NCBI RefSeq assembly: GCF_009834535.1
Contig: NC_045696.1
Coordinates: 120,962,001-121,026,000, forward strand
DNA length: 64,000 nucleotides
Reading direction: 5' to 3'
Source of the DNA: Camelus ferus
Taxonomy: Eukaryota
Shown: in pieces, positions 61,761 to 64,000 of the stretch
Numbering within the stretch: position 1 is the stretch's first letter
Layout of the letters: the number at the start of each line of letters is the position of its first letter
Translations under genes and position numbers: made by a program
Notes under the pieces: model-generated
Database searches by the model: none
Told to the model about the DNA's origin: nothing
The model's input: only the letters and a program-made list of their open reading frames with translations

Positions 61761-64000
61761 AGAATACAAGAGATGCTTCAGAACCTCTCTGTCCACTAGG
61801 GTCCCTTAGCGTGCTGGCACGTCTCACCTATTTGGCTTTTTGACAACTGTTTCCATTCAGTTCTCCCACTGAGCCTTGGTAATTACTGTTCAATCCCCAC
61901 TAAACAATGGGACTGCTTTAGACCAGAGAGGACGTCGGGGCTTCTGAATCCCTTCGAAGCCTCCTTTGCTGAAGCGCTTCAAACCCTGAGCCGTTCAGCG
62001 CGGGGATGACTGGCAGCCACTTAACCTTGCACTGCTGTGCCTTCCACCTCGACAGAAAAGAAGTTCTCCTGATCATTGCAGCGACTTCCGCAGAGTGTTT
62101 TACCTTTGGTCACTGACACGTAGAAACCACTGTATTTGGAGGAGAGGAGGGACATTGTGGATCCAAAAGCACTGGGATCATTTTGATGTGAATGCACAAA
62201 AGCTCTTTGCCACTATCCCTTCTGTTCATGTCTTACAGAAATTTAATAAGTTCCTTAACACTTGAAAGGATGCCATAAATTCAGAATTGGTGGCAGTGCA
62301 CAGAGAACCTGCTGTGTGTCTGCTACTGGCCATGAGTGTGGTGATGGGAAGGCAGTGGGGGAGAGGCTTGGTCACATACATAGATTCCTAAAACAGTATT
62401 ACTGATTGTTCTTAGCAGTATACTCCTAGCAAAGAACGTTCAGTGTGTTCCCATTACCTAGAAGAAGGTTCCAGGCATGAAGTTGAGCCTGCTAAGGGAG
62501 AAACTCCACAACCACACGTTCCTCTATCACACGTCGTGATCTCATCCAGCTTGATGGACTTTGTCGAGGAAGGTGCTGGAGCACGGCGACGTGTTAGGTC
62601 TGGGTCCTGCCATTGAAGGCCTGTAACTTCAGAGCAGGACCAGGACAAGGGCCTAAATAACTGAACAGAAGGAGAAAAGGGTTCAGAGAGTGTGGGGGTC
62701 ACTTTTAGCTGGGGGATAGACGTCATCAAGGGCCAGGAGAAGGCAGCATGTGACACAGTCCTTAGTACCAGGGGAGCTCTGGCGTGAGAGGCGGGGGCCC
62801 TGCAGGGGCAGGATGGGCGGAGGCACAGAGGCAGAAGCCGGGGCCGGAGCAGGCTGGCTGGTGGGGTGGTGGGCGCTTCCACTGGCATCGGTAGGACGTG
62901 ACCTGTCTTGGTAGCTTCCTGTCATTATTTTTCCTAAACAAATGAAGTCTTTTCCCGATAAAGGGCGTTCACTGGGCTCTTTAATATCCTTTTTGTGTGG
63001 GGAAAAAGAAGCACACTCGATTTAATGTTCAATGGATTAAACTGAATTATTAGAAAGATATTACCACCTCCTTTTCCATCATATGTGTAGCAGATTTTTT
63101 CCAGTCTATTTTATGTCATTAATTTTGTTTATTGTTTCTTTGGGATTTTTGGAGGGGGAAATTTCTTACTTTTTTTATGCAGGCAAATGTGACAACTTTA
63201 ATAGACTCTAGCTTTTCTGTTTGTTTGTTTTTTTAAGAGTGTTTTATATATAGCCTCCTTAGTTTTCTTCTAGACTTTTTGTCTTATTTTTCACACTTGA
63301 GGTGTTTACACCAGCAAAATTTATTCTTTTCCACTTAATTTAAATTCTTTTGCTCCATATTATGACTCCTGAATATTACTTGTTTATGACTCCTCCTTCG
63401 GCCTGCTGAGCTAGCTTCTGAGTCCTCGGTCAGTGCCAGAGGGTTCTCATTCCACTGCCTTTATGCAATGCTTTAATGTCTGATCAGACAGATGTCTTCA
63501 AATTTTCTTATTTTTTCAGATATTCTCCTCTTCTGACATGCATTTCCCCACATGACTTTTAGGATTCTTCATCCATCCCCAAAGGACACGCCCTTCTTCC
63601 TATTACTCAGGTCTTTATGAGAACTTAGTAACACAGCATTTATACAGGCACCTTGCAGCAACACGACAACGATCTCACACCTGGTCAGTGCAGAAACATT
63701 GTTCCACGTTTGTTCCACGTTCTGACCCCTGCAGGAGCTTGGGGCCTAAACTGTGGCTGCACTGCCCAGAGCCTGCTCCGCGATGTGCAGGCTGAGAACA
63801 GTGTTCGTCCCTCTACCCCTCGTGGTTGCTGTGGGGCCCGAGGCCAGGGGCGGCTCGGCTTGGGTGCCAGCCCATGGTCTCCGGGAAGGTTGGAGTCAGA
63901 TGTCGCTAAGACCGAGGTCATCAGAGATCTGGACGGGCGCTGGAGGATGCCTTTCCCGGCGACTCGCTCTCTCACACAGCAGCAGGTTGGCAGGGGCCTC

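Noticed and set aside
373-63975. The many 60-170 aa ORFs in the six-frame track as novel genes
   Set aside because: They lack recognisable domains and coherent splice structure and are expected by chance in GC-rich intron. Those containing X are L1 ORF2 remnants spanning N-runs.
57477-64000. Further NEK11 exon (recalled TKTITTMAEDMSPGP...)
   Set aside because: No matching segment was found by eye; it presumably lies beyond the window.

Overview
Mammalian genomic DNA, most likely a camelid. The evidence is two tRNA-Ala-derived Vic-1-like SINEs, cetartiodactyl-type L1 3' ends, and no Alu, B1, Bov-tA or PRE-1 elements. The window lies inside the NEK11 kinase gene on the + strand. Eight GT-AG-flanked coding exons can be read directly: 7245-7394, 7487-7565, 10163-10248, 12576-12695, 14703-14796, 18329-18443, 42082-42243 and 57416-57476. 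They run from the end of the kinase domain through the coiled-coil region into the acidic C-terminal region. The rest is intron, filled with old and young L1s, MIR/L2, MaLR/ERVL/ERV1 LTRs and hAT/Tigger fossils. Nine N-runs are present, all within or abutting young L1 3' segments. Four observations stand out. (1) One extra G in a G-run of the 42082-42243 exon shifts the frame and creates an early TGA; this is either a sequencing error or a real truncating allele. (2) A TSD-bounded ~1.9 kb L1 insertion contains ORF1 sequence joined almost directly to the extreme end of ORF2 (HAL1-like or spliced) and carries a 384-bp 3' transduction with its own ATTAAA and poly(A). (3) The 36-codon exon recalled from human NEK11 has no recognisable counterpart here, but a candidate in-frame 27-nt microexon sits behind a 23-bp copy of a neighbouring pre-acceptor motif. 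(4) A ~90%-identical 97-bp inverted repeat carries KLF/AP-1 motifs. No prokaryote-type systems (CRISPR, operons) are present, and I cannot support a wholly new protein-coding system. Comparisons with human/mouse NEK11 and with repeat consensi are from memory and need confirming.
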